The notes under the pieces were generated by a model. It was given only the letters and a program-made list of their open reading frames with translations. It was not told the DNA's origin and did no database searches. From NCBI GenBank assembly GCA_937873495.1, contig CALMXZ010000011.1, positions 344,808 through 408,807 of the forward strand: a stretch of 64,000 nucleotides of DNA. The letters are read 5' to 3'. Origin of the DNA: an uncultured Trueperaceae bacterium. GTDB taxonomy: Bacteria; Deinococcota; Deinococci; Deinococcales; Trueperaceae. Position numbers and translations under genes: made by a program. This document shows positions 48,654-59,880 of this stretch, one piece after another (position 1 is the stretch's first letter; every line of letters starts with the position of its first letter).

Positions 48654-48919
48654 CGGGGGTGATCAAGCTCTTCCGGCGTGTCGCCTACGGCTTCATCCCA
48701 TTCCTGTGTCGTGACCGGGCGGCGGTCATAGCGTAGTCTGCGCTCGCTGACGAACGCCTTCATTCGGGAAACGTAGTCCCCCTCCTCCTGCTCGGCGCGC
48801 AGCCGTTCCAACCTCTCACGCATGGCCTGCGTGATGGCTTCGGTCATGGTCTCGCCGGTCAGGCGGGACAGTTCCCGCGCTAGCCGGTCCGCCTCATCGG
48901 TTTTGATACTCAAGGCCAT
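48647..48919 (-). CDS. vapB: Type II antitoxin VapB-family (90 aa)
   Basis: Small acidic/basic protein immediately upstream of, and overlapping, vapC. AGGAGG RBS. Lower local GC. Confidence 0.6.
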   Translation of the reverse strand: MALSIKTDEADRLARELSRLTGETMTEAITQAMRERLERLRAEQEEGDYVSRMKAFVSERRLRYDRRPVTTQEWDEAVGDTPEELDHPRW

Positions 48920-48930
48920 GCCAGCCTCCT

Positions 48931-48951
48931 TCTAGATACACAATCTAGATA
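48931..48951. promoter_or_regulatory. Putative vapBC operator: two TCTAGATA palindromic sites 13 bp apart, abutting the vapB RBS
   Basis: Sequence tTCTAGATAcacaaTCTAGATAg immediately upstream of the AGGAGG RBS. The second copy sits in an 8-bp perfect palindrome ATCTAGAT. Confidence 0.45.
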
Positions 48952-48993
48952 GCATCTCCAGCTGCTACTTTCTGTACCGGGCGTCACGATCGC

Positions 48994-49905
48994 TTAGCGC
49001 TTGACGAGAAGCCCGAGCTTGATGAGTTCCGTAAGGGCTGTTCGCTCGGCGGAAGAGGTGCCCGAGGTACCCAGGGCAGCAGCGGGGTCGGCCCCGACCG
49101 TCGGCGCCGTCAGCAACTGGTGACGGTACCCGGCGCGCAGGATGGCCTCGCGCGTACGTCTCACGTGGTCACGGACCTCATCACGGTAGGTGAGCGCCTC
49201 GTCCGGGCCAACCGGCAGCTTCTCGCCGGACTCGACGTCGTGCAGCTCGAGGAGGCCGGGGGGCGGATCCAACTCGTCGCGAGAGAGGGCCTGCAGGAAC
49301 CCGACGTCGACGCCTCGGGAGCGCAGCGCGGCCAACCCCGGCTCGATGGAGGCGTCCTCGAGGAGGTCCGAGACGACGATGACGAGCGACCGACCGCGCG
49401 CGCTTGGCAGGCCCATGGCGAACGGCACCAAGCCCGTGAGTGGCCCTCGAGACCCTGCGGCTCCGCCCGTGGCGAGCGGCGCTTCATCTATGAAGCGCCA
49501 GGTCTCGAGCATGCCCCCGCGCCCACGCAGGCGGGGGGTGGCGCCGCCGAAGAGCAGGTGGACCTGCGTGGGCGCGTCGCGCTGCGCGACGTAGCTCAGC
49601 AGTCGCACGACGGTGCGCGCGTGGTCGAACTTGCCGCCCAATCCCATGCTCGCGCTGTTGTCGAGGACGAGGTGCAGCTCGACGGCCCGCTCGGCCTGGT
49701 AGAGCCGCGTGTAGAGCCGGCCAGTGCGGGCGTACACGCGCCAGTCGACGTACCTGAGCTCGTCGCCTGGCTGGTAAGGCCTGAAGTCGTGGAACTCGAC
49801 GCTCTGCCCCGCCTCGACGGCGCTCCGGTCGCCACCGACGCGCGCGAGGGCGCGGGACGCGATGGCGTAGCGGTCGAGCAACGCTCGCGTGCCGGAGGCG
49901 AGCAC
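48994..49905 (-). CDS. DUF58 domain protein (vWA-like, MoxR partner)
   Basis: 303 aa. MIDAS-like LVLDNSASMG. Directly downstream of MoxR with a 1-nt gap. Confidence 0.75.
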   Translation of the reverse strand: MLASGTRALLDRYAIASRALARVGGDRSAVEAGQSVEFHDFRPYQPGDELRYVDWRVYARTGRLYTRLYQAERAVELHLVLDNSASMGLGGKFDHARTVVRLLSYVAQRDAPTQVHLLFGGATPRLRGRGGMLETWRFIDEAPLATGGAAGSRGPLTGLVPFAMGLPSARGRSLVIVVSDLLEDASIEPGLAALRSRGVDVGFLQALSRDELDPPPGLLELHDVESGEKLPVGPDEALTYRDEVRDHVRRTREAILRAGYRHQLLTAPTVGADPAAALGTSGTSSAERTALTELIKLGLLVKR

Positions 49906-49906
49906 G

Positions 49907-50896
<990 letters not shown>

Positions 50897-51097
50897 CTTG
50901 CACCTCTGGCCTTGGCGGGCGCGCCGTAGGTGGCGCTTGGGAGTAGGGGGAGTATAGCCGGGGGCCGGAAACCCGGAGGCTCGATCCGCGGCTAATCCCT
51001 AGTGCTCCTGGGCCGGAGTGGCCACCTTAATGCTGGCCGCCGTGACGACGAACGCGCCAAGAGCATGCACTAGATTCTCGCGCATTCCCGACTAACC

Positions 51098-51571
51098 TTA
51101 GGCGTATATCACGACCACTTGATCTACCACCTCGGTACGGAACGTCTCTACCTGCACGGTTTCGACTGCAACATCGAAGGTCTTCACCCTGCATGTGGCC
51201 GGGTCGAACAGAGACCTGCCCGTAGTAAGATCGAACTCCCATGCATGCCAGGGACATCTAAGTATCTGTCCCTGACGACCAAGTTGGTACTCACCCGGGC
51301 GCGAAGGGAGCGTCGTGCCCATCACCCTCCCCTCGCATAGTGGCGCCTGCTGGTGGGGACATGTGTTGCGCAAGGCAAAGTACTGGCCGCCAACATTGAA
51401 CACCCCAATCGAGCGGTTGCCAACCGTCACGATCTTCCTGCCCCCCACAGGTATCTCGTCAACCGCGGCGACGATGTGCCGAGACGCGACACGGGCCCCT
51501 GGCACGTCCACATCAAGTCGATCACTCATGGTGAAGGGGCCAAACCGCAGACCAGCAAGCGACCGCTGCAC
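51098..51571 (-). CDS. Rieske [2Fe-2S] domain protein (small ferredoxin-like)
   Basis: CPHQ…(17 residues)…CPWHAWEF gives CxH…CxxH. True start may be the internal Met MSDRLDV (51529). Region GC is clearly below the window average. Confidence 0.75.
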   Translation of the reverse strand: MQRSLAGLRFGPFTMSDRLDVDVPGARVASRHIVAAVDEIPVGGRKIVTVGNRSIGVFNVGGQYFALRNTCPHQQAPLCEGRVMGTTLPSRPGEYQLGRQGQILRCPWHAWEFDLTTGRSLFDPATCRVKTFDVAVETVQVETFRTEVVDQVVVIYA

Positions 51572-51923
51572 AGCCTCTCGATATGAGTGGCCTTCGGGGC
51601 CGACGGTCCCCCAGTGATGGGGCTTCGATGCAGCCGGCCGCGATCACCGAGCATCCCCTTGTCAGCCACGATCCAGCCAAGGCTCCAGGGCAAGCGTGAC
51701 AACACGGCATATCGCCTGGACGAGTCGACGACGAGACATACGCGTACTTCTCGGCCAGGGCGTTCGCAAGCTTTACGACCGATCGAGTGCGCCACGCGCT
51801 AGCGACCTCCGAACACAATTGTGGTACTATGCTAGAACATTGTGATAGACTTGTCAACGAGCCCAACGCGTCAGCGGTCTTCGCCCGATCAAGAGTTCAT
51901 TTCTACTCCGCAGGAGGCTTGAA

Positions 51924-53066
51924 GTGTCAGGCGCCACCAAGGACCCGTCGAATACGAAGGCTCACGCCGAAGGTGCCCAACGAGCCATTGGCTCGCAGTC
52001 GGACGTCGGTACGCCGGCCGCACGGGTAGACGCAGACGTCCACCAAGGTATCGATAACGCGTTCTGGGAGAGGCTGCCTATGCCCTGGCGGAAGATGCGT
52101 CCAGGGAGCGCCGTGTCCTGGCCGGCCTCGGTGTTGGGCCACACCGGATACCGATCGGATGTCCATACGGAAGAAGGCGAGTTGCACGATCGCACGGCCA
52201 CAGACGTAACCAAGCGACTGCTGGACGCCTACAAGGTGGACTTCGCCATCCTTACGGGCAACGCGGGCCTGCTCGGAGTAGCCGCTCACCCGAACTCTCG
52301 CTTCGGCGTCTCATTCGCGCAGGCATACAACGAATGGCTCATCGAAGACTGGCTGAACGTCGAGCCCCGCTTCAAGGGATCGATGATGGTCTCGCAGTTG
52401 GACATGGCAGCCGCGGTAGCCGAAGTCGAGCGGGTCGGGCACCACAAGGACATCGTCCAAGTCATCCTCCCTTCCAGCTCCGGGCGGCTCTACGGTGACA
52501 GGTTCTACTGGCCCCTATACGAAGCCGCGGCAGCTCATGGTCTTCCGGTCGCCATCCACCCCTCCGGTTACACGGTCCTCCCACCGACCTCGGCCGGCTG
52601 GCCAACCACTTATCTAGAAGCCCACACCATGATCGCCACGGAGTACCTCAATCACATGATCAGCCTGGCCAGCCAGGGTCCCTTCGAGGAGTTCCCCGGG
52701 CTTAGGTTCGTGTTCATCGAAGGCGGCGTCGCTACTTTCGCGCCCATGCTCTGGCGCCTCGAGAAGAACTGGAAGGCAGTCAGGGCGGAGGTGCCGTGGC
52801 TGACCACCTCACCGCGCGAGTACCTTAGGACCAACTTCAGATTCACGACGCAACCGATCGAAGAGCCGGAGGACCCGGAATTGCTCCGCCGTATCTTCAC
52901 GGACCTGCGTGCAGAACGATCCGTGATGTTCGCCTCGGATTGGCCCCACTGGGACTTCGATGATCCAGAGGCCGCCCTCCGCCCCTTGCCCATCGCCCTC
53001 AGGAACAGGATCCTCGGAGAGAACGCACTAGACCTGTACGGTCTGCGAGGCGCGGCGCCTTCCTGA
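51924..53066 (+). CDS. Amidohydrolase_2 family metal-dependent hydrolase/decarboxylase (ACMSD/LigW-like)
   Basis: GTG after GGAGG. TIM-barrel amidohydrolase-2 pattern (…VDADVH…, …HPSGY…, …FASDWPHWD…). Has a roughly 40-aa N-terminal extension. Lower-GC codon usage. Confidence 0.7.
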   Translation: MSGATKDPSNTKAHAEGAQRAIGSQSDVGTPAARVDADVHQGIDNAFWERLPMPWRKMRPGSAVSWPASVLGHTGYRSDVHTEEGELHDRTATDVTKRLLDAYKVDFAILTGNAGLLGVAAHPNSRFGVSFAQAYNEWLIEDWLNVEPRFKGSMMVSQLDMAAAVAEVERVGHHKDIVQVILPSSSGRLYGDRFYWPLYEAAAAHGLPVAIHPSGYTVLPPTSAGWPTTYLEAHTMIATEYLNHMISLASQGPFEEFPGLRFVFIEGGVATFAPMLWRLEKNWKAVRAEVPWLTTSPREYLRTNFRFTTQPIEEPEDPELLRRIFTDLRAERSVMFASDWPHWDFDDPEAALRPLPIALRNRILGENALDLYGLRGAAPS

Positions 53067-53249
53067 CCGGAGCGGCCGAGCCGACACGCAGCACGAACCG
53101 CAAGACTCCTAACTCACAGCCGATCTGGTAGAGGCGTGGCTACCCCCGCTGATCGGGACTGCGGAGCTCGAGAGTCGGAATACCGGTTTGTCGGGATTGA
53201 GGGAAGCTTCGTCTCATGCGCGTTGGGGGCTATGTACACTTAGGCCCGT

Positions 53250-53900
53250 ATGAGACCGGCCTACGGGCGCGTGACGCTGCGGCCGCTGGAGGAGTTCTCC
53301 GACGCCGACTGGCGCCGTTTGCAGAGCCACTTCCGCGACCCGGAGATCGCCTACTTGAACGGCACCCCGCCGAACCGGATGCCGCTGTGGCTGCTGAAGC
53401 GCCTGCTCAAGACGGACTCCAAGCGCTCGGACAGGGCTACCTTCGGCATCTTCGACGAATGCGACGACTTCATCGGCACGACCGAGCTGTACGACGTGCG
53501 CGGCGAGGTCGGCACGCTCGGCATCATCATCGGGGAGCGCACCCATTGGGCCGGTGGCTACGGGCCGGAGGCCATGCACGCCCTCCTCGGCTACGCGTTC
53601 GACGTCCTCGGCCTGCGCACCATCAAGCTCAACACCTTCGGCGACAACCTGCGCGCCCAGCGCGCCTTCCGCAAGGTTGGCTTCCACGAGGTGGACAGGC
53701 GGCCGGACGCGGAGGGGCGCATGGACGTGCGGATGGAACTCCTGCGCGCCGAGTGGCACCCGGGCCCGAGCAGCCGCCTAGGGTCGGCGCCCACCCCGAC
53801 CCCCTTCGGCACCCCGGCCGACGCGTTGCCCACCGCGCACGACGACGCGACCACCGACCCGGCCATCGCCCGCCGTCAGTCGTCCGACCCCTCGAAGTAG
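53250..53900 (+). CDS. GNAT family N-acetyltransferase
   Basis: 216 aa. …GIIIGERTHWAGGYGPEAMHALLGYAF… acetyl-CoA-binding region. 3' end overlaps convergent uvrC by about 25 nt. Confidence 0.6.
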   Translation: MRPAYGRVTLRPLEEFSDADWRRLQSHFRDPEIAYLNGTPPNRMPLWLLKRLLKTDSKRSDRATFGIFDECDDFIGTTELYDVRGEVGTLGIIIGERTHWAGGYGPEAMHALLGYAFDVLGLRTIKLNTFGDNLRAQRAFRKVGFHEVDRRPDAEGRMDVRMELLRAEWHPGPSSRLGSAPTPTPFGTPADALPTAHDDATTDPAIARRQSSDPSK

Positions 53901-55669
53901 CTCTTGACCGCCTGCGCGGCGGCCTGCCCAACGCCCGGGATGGCGGCCAGCACGCCGACCTCGGCGCCCTTCAACTCCTCGAGGCTCGAGAAGTGGGCGA
54001 GCAGCGCGTCGCGCCTCTTCGGGCCGATGCCCGGCACGTCGTCGAGCAGCGAGCGCGTCGCCGACTTGCCGCGCCGCTGCCGGTTGTAACCGACGGCCGT
54101 GCGGTGCGCCTCGTCGCGCACGTTGATGAGCAGGCGCAGGGCCGGGTGGCTGTGCGGCACCAGCACCTCCTCGCCACGCTCGGTTATGAGCGTCTCCTGC
54201 TTCTTGGCGAGGCCGACCAGCGGCACCACGATGCCGGCCTCCTCGAGCGCGCGCTTGGCGGCGCTCATCTGACCCTTGCCGCCGTCGATCAGGAGCAGGT
54301 CAGGGTGGGGCAGCCTGTCGGCCAGCGCGCCGGTGAAGCGCCGGTAGACGACCTGGTGCATGCTGTAGAAGTCGTCCGGCTTGTCGAGCTCCCGCACGCG
54401 CACGCGCCGGTAGTCGCTCCGCTTGGCCCTGCCGCCCTCGAAGGACACGATGCTGGCGACGGTGTGCGTGCCCATCAGGTTCGAGATGTCGTAACCCTCG
54501 ATGCGCCAGGGCGGGTTGTCGAGCCCCAACAGGCGCTGCAGCTCTCCGACGCCCGGCGCCTCGCCGCGGCGCTCGAGGAGCGCGATCTCGGCCTCGACAC
54601 CCGAGACGGCGTTGCGCTTGGCCAGCTCGAGCAGCTCGACCTTGTCGCCCCGCAGCGGCGTGCGCACCTCCACCTTGCGGCCTGAGCGCGCCGTCAGGAA
54701 CCGCTGCCACACGTCCTGGTCCAGCTCCGTCTGGGGTACGAGGACGAGCGGCGGCAGTTGCGTGGCGAGCCCGTAGTACTCGCTCATGAAGCGCTCGAGC
54801 ACCTCCCCGTCCGAGGCGCTCTCGGCGTTCGTCATCAGGCGCTTGTCGCGCCCGACGACGCGGCCAGAGCGCATCTGGAAGAGCTGCACCATGGCGTGGT
54901 CGCCCGCTTTCGCCAAACCGAGGAAGTCGAGGTCGTCTGTGCCGGCCATCACGACGCTGCTGTCGTAACCGGTGAGGCGCTTGAGGGCATCCAGGCGGTC
55001 GCGGTACGTGGCGGCCAACTCGAAGTCGCGGCGCACGGCCGCCTCGCGCATCTGCGCCTCGAGCTTCTCGACGATCTCCGCCACCCGCCCCTCGAGGAAC
55101 GCCTTCACGTCTGCCACGACGTCGGCGTACTCCGCCTTATCGGCCCACCCGACACAGGGGGCGAGGCACCGGCCCATGTGGTAGCGCAGGCACGGTTTCT
55201 TGCGCGTCTCCATCGGCACGCCGCTGTTCTTCCTTAGCTTGAAGACGCTGTACACGAGCTCCAGCACGCGCCGGACGGCCCCGGCGTTCGGGTACGGACC
55301 GTAGTACGTGCCACCGTCCTTGACGACGCGCCGCGTGAAGACCAGCGTCGGGTACTCCTCGTTCGTGAGCTTGAGGAAGGGGTAGCTCTTGTCGTCCTTC
55401 AGGAGGACGTTGTAGTGCGGCTGGTGCCGCTTGATGAGGTTGGACTCGAGGATCAACGCCTCGACCTCGTCCTGGGTGACGATGAAGTCGAGGTGGTGCG
55501 CCGCGGCGGTGAGGAGCCGCGCCTTGTGACCCGCCTGGCGACCGAAGTAGCTGCCCACGCGGCTGCGGAGGTTGACCGCCTTGCCGACGTAGAGGACGGT
55601 GTCGTCCTCGCCGTGGAACAGGTAGCACCCGCTCTGCGTCGGGATGACTGGCAGGTCGCCGCGCTTCAC
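53876..55669 (-). CDS. uvrC: Excinuclease ABC subunit C
   Basis: 597 aa. GIY-YIG (GCYLFHG…YVGKA), UvrBC-interacting region, RNase H-like endonuclease domain and (HhH)2. Confidence 0.95.
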   Translation of the reverse strand: MKRGDLPVIPTQSGCYLFHGEDDTVLYVGKAVNLRSRVGSYFGRQAGHKARLLTAAAHHLDFIVTQDEVEALILESNLIKRHQPHYNVLLKDDKSYPFLKLTNEEYPTLVFTRRVVKDGGTYYGPYPNAGAVRRVLELVYSVFKLRKNSGVPMETRKKPCLRYHMGRCLAPCVGWADKAEYADVVADVKAFLEGRVAEIVEKLEAQMREAAVRRDFELAATYRDRLDALKRLTGYDSSVVMAGTDDLDFLGLAKAGDHAMVQLFQMRSGRVVGRDKRLMTNAESASDGEVLERFMSEYYGLATQLPPLVLVPQTELDQDVWQRFLTARSGRKVEVRTPLRGDKVELLELAKRNAVSGVEAEIALLERRGEAPGVGELQRLLGLDNPPWRIEGYDISNLMGTHTVASIVSFEGGRAKRSDYRRVRVRELDKPDDFYSMHQVVYRRFTGALADRLPHPDLLLIDGGKGQMSAAKRALEEAGIVVPLVGLAKKQETLITERGEEVLVPHSHPALRLLINVRDEAHRTAVGYNRQRRGKSATRSLLDDVPGIGPKRRDALLAHFSSLEELKGAEVGVLAAIPGVGQAAAQAVKSYFEGSDD

Positions 55670-55727
55670 GCCGGAGATTGTACGGCGGGGCGGGGCGTTC
55701 GCCCGTTCCGGGGGCGCCGGCGGAGCG

Positions 55728-57227
55728 CTACCGCTGCAGGTCGAGCAGCAGCGCCACCGGGTTCTCGAGCAGCCCGATGACCCTGGAGGTGAACAGCGCG
55801 CCTTCCGCGCCGTCGACGAGCCGGTGGTCGAAGGAGAGGCTCAGGTAGAGCATCTGCCGCGCCCTGATGCTGTCGTCGGCCAGCACGACCGGCCGCTTCT
55901 TGATGGAGTGGACGCCGAGGATGGCCGCCTCCGGCGTGTTGATGATGGGGAACGAGAAGAGGCCGCCGAGGCTGCCGATGTTGGTGACGGAGAACGTGCC
56001 GCCCTTGAGCTCGTCCGGCGCGAGCTTGCCGCTGCGCGCCAGCTCGGCCAGGCGCCCCACCTCGGCCGCTATCTCCATGACACTGCGCGTGTCCACGTCC
56101 CTGATGACGGGCACGACCAGACCGGCGTCCGTGGCGGTCGCCATGCCGATGTTGTAGTAGCGCTTCGTGACGATCTCGCCCTTCGCCTCGTCGAGGCTCG
56201 AGTTGAGCGCCGGGAACTCGGCGAGGGCCACCGCGACGGCCTTGATCACGAACGGCAGATACGAGAGCCGCACGCCCTTGGCGGCGAAGCCGGGCTTGAG
56301 CTTTTCGCGCAGGGCGACGAGGTCCGTTACGTCCGCCTCGTCGACATGGAGCGCGCGCACCGTGTGCAGGTGCGAGGTGACCATCTGGTTGGCGATGAGC
56401 CGGCGCAGGCCCCGCATGGGCGCGCGCTCCTCGCGCCCCTCGTAGCCGGCGGGGCTCTTGTACGCGAGGGGGCTGCCTTGCGACGCCTGGTGAGCCTGGC
56501 CGGTGGCGGGGGCGGCGTGCTCCCTCACGTCGTCGACGCGCACCCGACCGTGCGGGCCGCTGCCGAGCACCTGCTCGATGCTCACGCCTAGCTCCCGCGC
56601 GAGCCGCCGCGCCGCCGGAACGGCCAACACCCGGCCGAACGCCCCACGCGCCGGTTCCCGGTGCGCCTGGGCGACGGCCGCCGACGCGGCGGCGGCCGGG
56701 CCGGTCGCGGCCGAGTCGGTCGCGGTCGCCCGCGGCTGGGCTCCGGCAGGCTGTGCGGGAGCGGGACGGGCCGACGACCGTTCACCCGGTCGCCTGACCT
56801 GCGGCAGCGCTTCCGCCTCCGCGCCGGCCGACGGCTTGAACAGGCTGAGCTTGTCACCGTCATCGCCGTTCTCGCCCGCCGGTGCGGGCGGGGCGACGGT
56901 CGTCTGCTCGGCCGGACTCGCCGCCGGGGTCGGACCGCCGGCAACGCTACCCGCCGCGGCGGCGCCCGCCGCCGTGCCTGCGACGGCGGCGGCCTCCTCG
57001 ATGAGCGCGATCACGGCGTTCACCTGCACGATGTCGCCTTCCGCGGCGAGGTGTTTGACGAGCCTACCGGCGAACGGGCTCGGGAGCTCGACGGTCGCCT
57101 TGTCAGTGAGGACCTCGGCGACGGGCTGGTCGAGCGCCACGCTGTCGCCTTCCGCGACGAGCCAACGGATGATCTCGCCCTCGACGACGGACTCGGCCAG
57201 TTCAGGTAGGCGTAGCTCTCGCGCCAT
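55728..57227 (-). CDS. Dihydrolipoamide acyltransferase (E2) of a 2-oxoacid dehydrogenase complex
   Basis: Lipoyl domain with the TDKATVEL motif, Ala/Pro linker, E1/E3-binding domain, and catalytic domain with DHRLVDG. Confidence 0.9.
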   Translation of the reverse strand: MARELRLPELAESVVEGEIIRWLVAEGDSVALDQPVAEVLTDKATVELPSPFAGRLVKHLAAEGDIVQVNAVIALIEEAAAVAGTAAGAAAAGSVAGGPTPAASPAEQTTVAPPAPAGENGDDGDKLSLFKPSAGAEAEALPQVRRPGERSSARPAPAQPAGAQPRATATDSAATGPAAAASAAVAQAHREPARGAFGRVLAVPAARRLARELGVSIEQVLGSGPHGRVRVDDVREHAAPATGQAHQASQGSPLAYKSPAGYEGREERAPMRGLRRLIANQMVTSHLHTVRALHVDEADVTDLVALREKLKPGFAAKGVRLSYLPFVIKAVAVALAEFPALNSSLDEAKGEIVTKRYYNIGMATATDAGLVVPVIRDVDTRSVMEIAAEVGRLAELARSGKLAPDELKGGTFSVTNIGSLGGLFSFPIINTPEAAILGVHSIKKRPVVLADDSIRARQMLYLSLSFDHRLVDGAEGALFTSRVIGLLENPVALLLDLQR

Positions 57228-57314
57228 CACTCCAGCTCCTTAACGTGCGCCATGCGCCATGCCACGGCGAGGCTTCCGCCTCGCAGCCCGGCGCAGCTGG
57301 GCGACGATCGACAC

Positions 57315-58292
57315 TCAGTAATCGAGCACGCGCTGCACGGCCCGCATTATGCGAGCGGGGCCGGGCAGGTACTCGCGGTCTTGCGCGTACGGGTAAGGGG
57401 TATCGAAACCGCTTACCCTCAGGGGCGGCGCCAGCAGCTGATCGAGCAACTCCTCCGCGATGGTCGCGGCGACCTCGCTCATCACGCTCGCGCTCTTCGG
57501 CGCCTCGCTCACGAGCACCACGCGGCCGACCCGGGCGACGGCCTCGAGCACCGTCTCCTCGTCCCACGGCGCCAGCGAGCGCAGGTCGATGACGTGGGGC
57601 GAGAGACCCTGCTCGACGAGCGCGTCCGCCGCCCGCGTCGTCTCGGCCATCGAGCCGCCGTAGCTGACGAGCACGACGTCGTCGCCCACGCGCCTCACGG
57701 CCGCCTTGCCGATCGGGACGAGCGCGTCGAGGTCGTCTGGCAGTTCCTCCTTGACGGCGCGGTAGAGCCGCTTCGGCTCCATGAACACGACGGGGTCGTC
57801 GTCGCGGATGGCGCTCTTCAGAAGCCCGCGCGCGTCGGCCGGCGTGCTCGGGAACACGACCTTGAGGCCGGCCGTGTGCACGAAGTGCGCCTCGGGGCTC
57901 TGGGAGTGATGATGCCCGCCCTTCACGCCCCCGCCGGCCGGCATGCGCACCACGAGCGGGGCCGTGAACTGCCCACCCGAGCGGTAGCGGAGCTTGGCGA
58001 CCTGCGACACGAGCTGATCGAAGCCGGGGTAGACGTAGTCGGCGAACTGGATCTCCGCGACGGGACGCAACCCGTGCGCGGCCATGCCGACCGCGGCTCC
58101 GATGATGGCGGCCTCGGAGAGCGGCGAGTCGATGACCCGGTCGGGGCCGTACTTGTCGAAGAGCTTCTCGGTGGCGAGGAACACCCCGCCGCGCTTGCCG
58201 ACGTCCTCGCCCAGCACGACGACCCGGTCGTCGCGCGCCATCTCCTCGTCGAGCGTGCGCGCGATGGTCTGCACCATCGTCAGGGCGCTCAT
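57315..58292 (-). CDS. 2-oxoacid dehydrogenase E1 component beta subunit (transketolase-like)
   Basis: 325 aa. Typical E1beta conservation (…VLGEDVG…, …DSPLSEAAI…). Confidence 0.9.
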   Translation of the reverse strand: MSALTMVQTIARTLDEEMARDDRVVVLGEDVGKRGGVFLATEKLFDKYGPDRVIDSPLSEAAIIGAAVGMAAHGLRPVAEIQFADYVYPGFDQLVSQVAKLRYRSGGQFTAPLVVRMPAGGGVKGGHHHSQSPEAHFVHTAGLKVVFPSTPADARGLLKSAIRDDDPVVFMEPKRLYRAVKEELPDDLDALVPIGKAAVRRVGDDVVLVSYGGSMAETTRAADALVEQGLSPHVIDLRSLAPWDEETVLEAVARVGRVVLVSEAPKSASVMSEVAATIAEELLDQLLAPPLRVSGFDTPYPYAQDREYLPGPARIMRAVQRVLDY

Positions 58293-58305
58293 GCGGTCCG
58301 CCCTG

Positions 58306-59403
58306 TCATCCTAGGAGCTCCGAGCGCTGCTTGACGAGGCGCTCAGGGACCTCGGCGAGGACGTCCTCGAACATCGTCTCGAGGGCGACGTCGCCGGCCG
58401 CCTGGGCCTGCGCGATGGCGTCATCGACTTGGGCCTTGACGACGGCCTCCGCTTCCCGCTCGGCGGCTTCGTCCCAAAGGCCCTTGCGGGTCAGGAAGCG
58501 GCGCAGCCTGGCGATCGGGTCGCGCTTGCGCCACGCCTCGACTTCCGCGCGGGGGCGGTAGCGCGAGTCGTCGTCGGCGGTCGAGTGCCCACCGTAGCGG
58601 TACACGAGGAGCTCGACCAGGGCGGGGCCGAAGCCGTCGCGCGCGCGCTGGACGGCCTCCCGCATCACGTAGTAGGAGGCGAGCGCGTCCATGCCGTCGA
58701 CGAAGTAGCCGGGCATGCCGTAGGCGTGAGCCTTCGTGTAGATGCTGTCCGACCCCGTCTGCTTCTCGAACCCCACGCTGATGGCGTAGCGGTTGTTCTG
58801 GCAGGCGAAGACGATGGGCGCGCCCTGCGCGCCGGCGAAGTTGACGCCCGCGTGCCAGTCGCCTTCGCTCGTTGAGCCGTCGCCGAACGTGCAGACGGTC
58901 ACCTGGTCGGTGCCGCGCAGCTTCATGCTTATCGCGCAACCCGCCGCGGGCGGGATGTGCGACGCGATGGGCGAGGCGGCCGAGAAGATGTTGAGTGCCT
59001 TGGAGGAAGGGTGGTACGGCATCTGCCTGGCGCGGCTCGGATCGGCGGCCGTGCCCATGGCCTGCGCGACGAACTCGACGACCGGCACGCCGATGGCCAG
59101 CGGCAGCGTGACGTCGCGGTAGTAGGGGAAGAGCCAGTCGTGGCCGGCGCGCATGGCGTGCGCGATCCCGACCTGAGCGCCCTCGTGCCCGCCGGAGGGG
59201 GCCGCGAAGCTCACCTTGCCTTGGCGCTGGAGGCGCCCCATGCGCTCGTCGACCGCTCGGCCGAGGAGCATGTCCTGATACATGCGGCGCAGTTCGTCCG
59301 GACCGAGGTCGAGTTCGAACGGGGCGATCCACTCGCCCGACTCGCTCGTCACGGCGATGGGTTCGTCCGTGAACGGCTGGAAGAGTTGCGACTCTAGGAT
59401 CAC
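58306..59403 (-). CDS. 2-oxoacid dehydrogenase E1 component alpha subunit (TPP-dependent)
   Basis: GTG start [11 protein letters not shown] after a GGGAGG RBS. TPP motif [17 protein letters not shown]. Confidence 0.85.
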   Translation of the reverse strand: MILESQLFQPFTDEPIAVTSESGEWIAPFELDLGPDELRRMYQDMLLGRAVDERMGRLQRQGKVSFAAPSGGHEGAQVGIAHAMRAGHDWLFPYYRDVTLPLAIGVPVVEFVAQAMGTAADPSRARQMPYHPSSKALNIFSAASPIASHIPPAAGCAISMKLRGTDQVTVCTFGDGSTSEGDWHAGVNFAGAQGAPIVFACQNNRYAISVGFEKQTGSDSIYTKAHAYGMPGYFVDGMDALASYYVMREAVQRARDGFGPALVELLVYRYGGHSTADDDSRYRPRAEVEAWRKRDPIARLRRFLTRKGLWDEAAEREAEAVVKAQVDDAIAQAQAAGDVALETMFEDVLAEVPERLVKQRSELLG

Positions 59404-59880
59404 GCTGGCCTCCCTTCGTTCGCACGTTGCGTTCTGAACGGGGTGTCGTGTGTTCGAGCACGCTCGGTACACCACAGACCGACGCCCCGGTGCGTTACGA
59501 CCGGGGCGCCCGAGTTACGCGGTCGGCCGGAGCCGATCGACGCGACTAGCGAGACAGGTAGTAGCGGAGCCGAGCCTAGCGGAGCGCCGTCGCCACGCCC
59601 TGACGCACGGCCCGGGCGGCCGCGGCCTGGCGGGACCGGCGGCACCCGGTACCGGGGCCGCGCGGCTCGCTGCTGCTCGGATGTGGCTAGGCTCTTAACC
59701 ATGGCTGGCCGGTAAGCTCGACCGGATCGTCGGCTGCTCGGACCCGTTCACCGCGGACCGGCATGAACGCCCCGGTCGTCCCTTCGAGCGTTGGCAGCAG
59801 GATAGCACTTGGCCGTATGAGGAGCCGTAGCGTATTCCCCACCGTCTGCGGCGGGCGCGGTGGTATGAGATGGTCCGATC

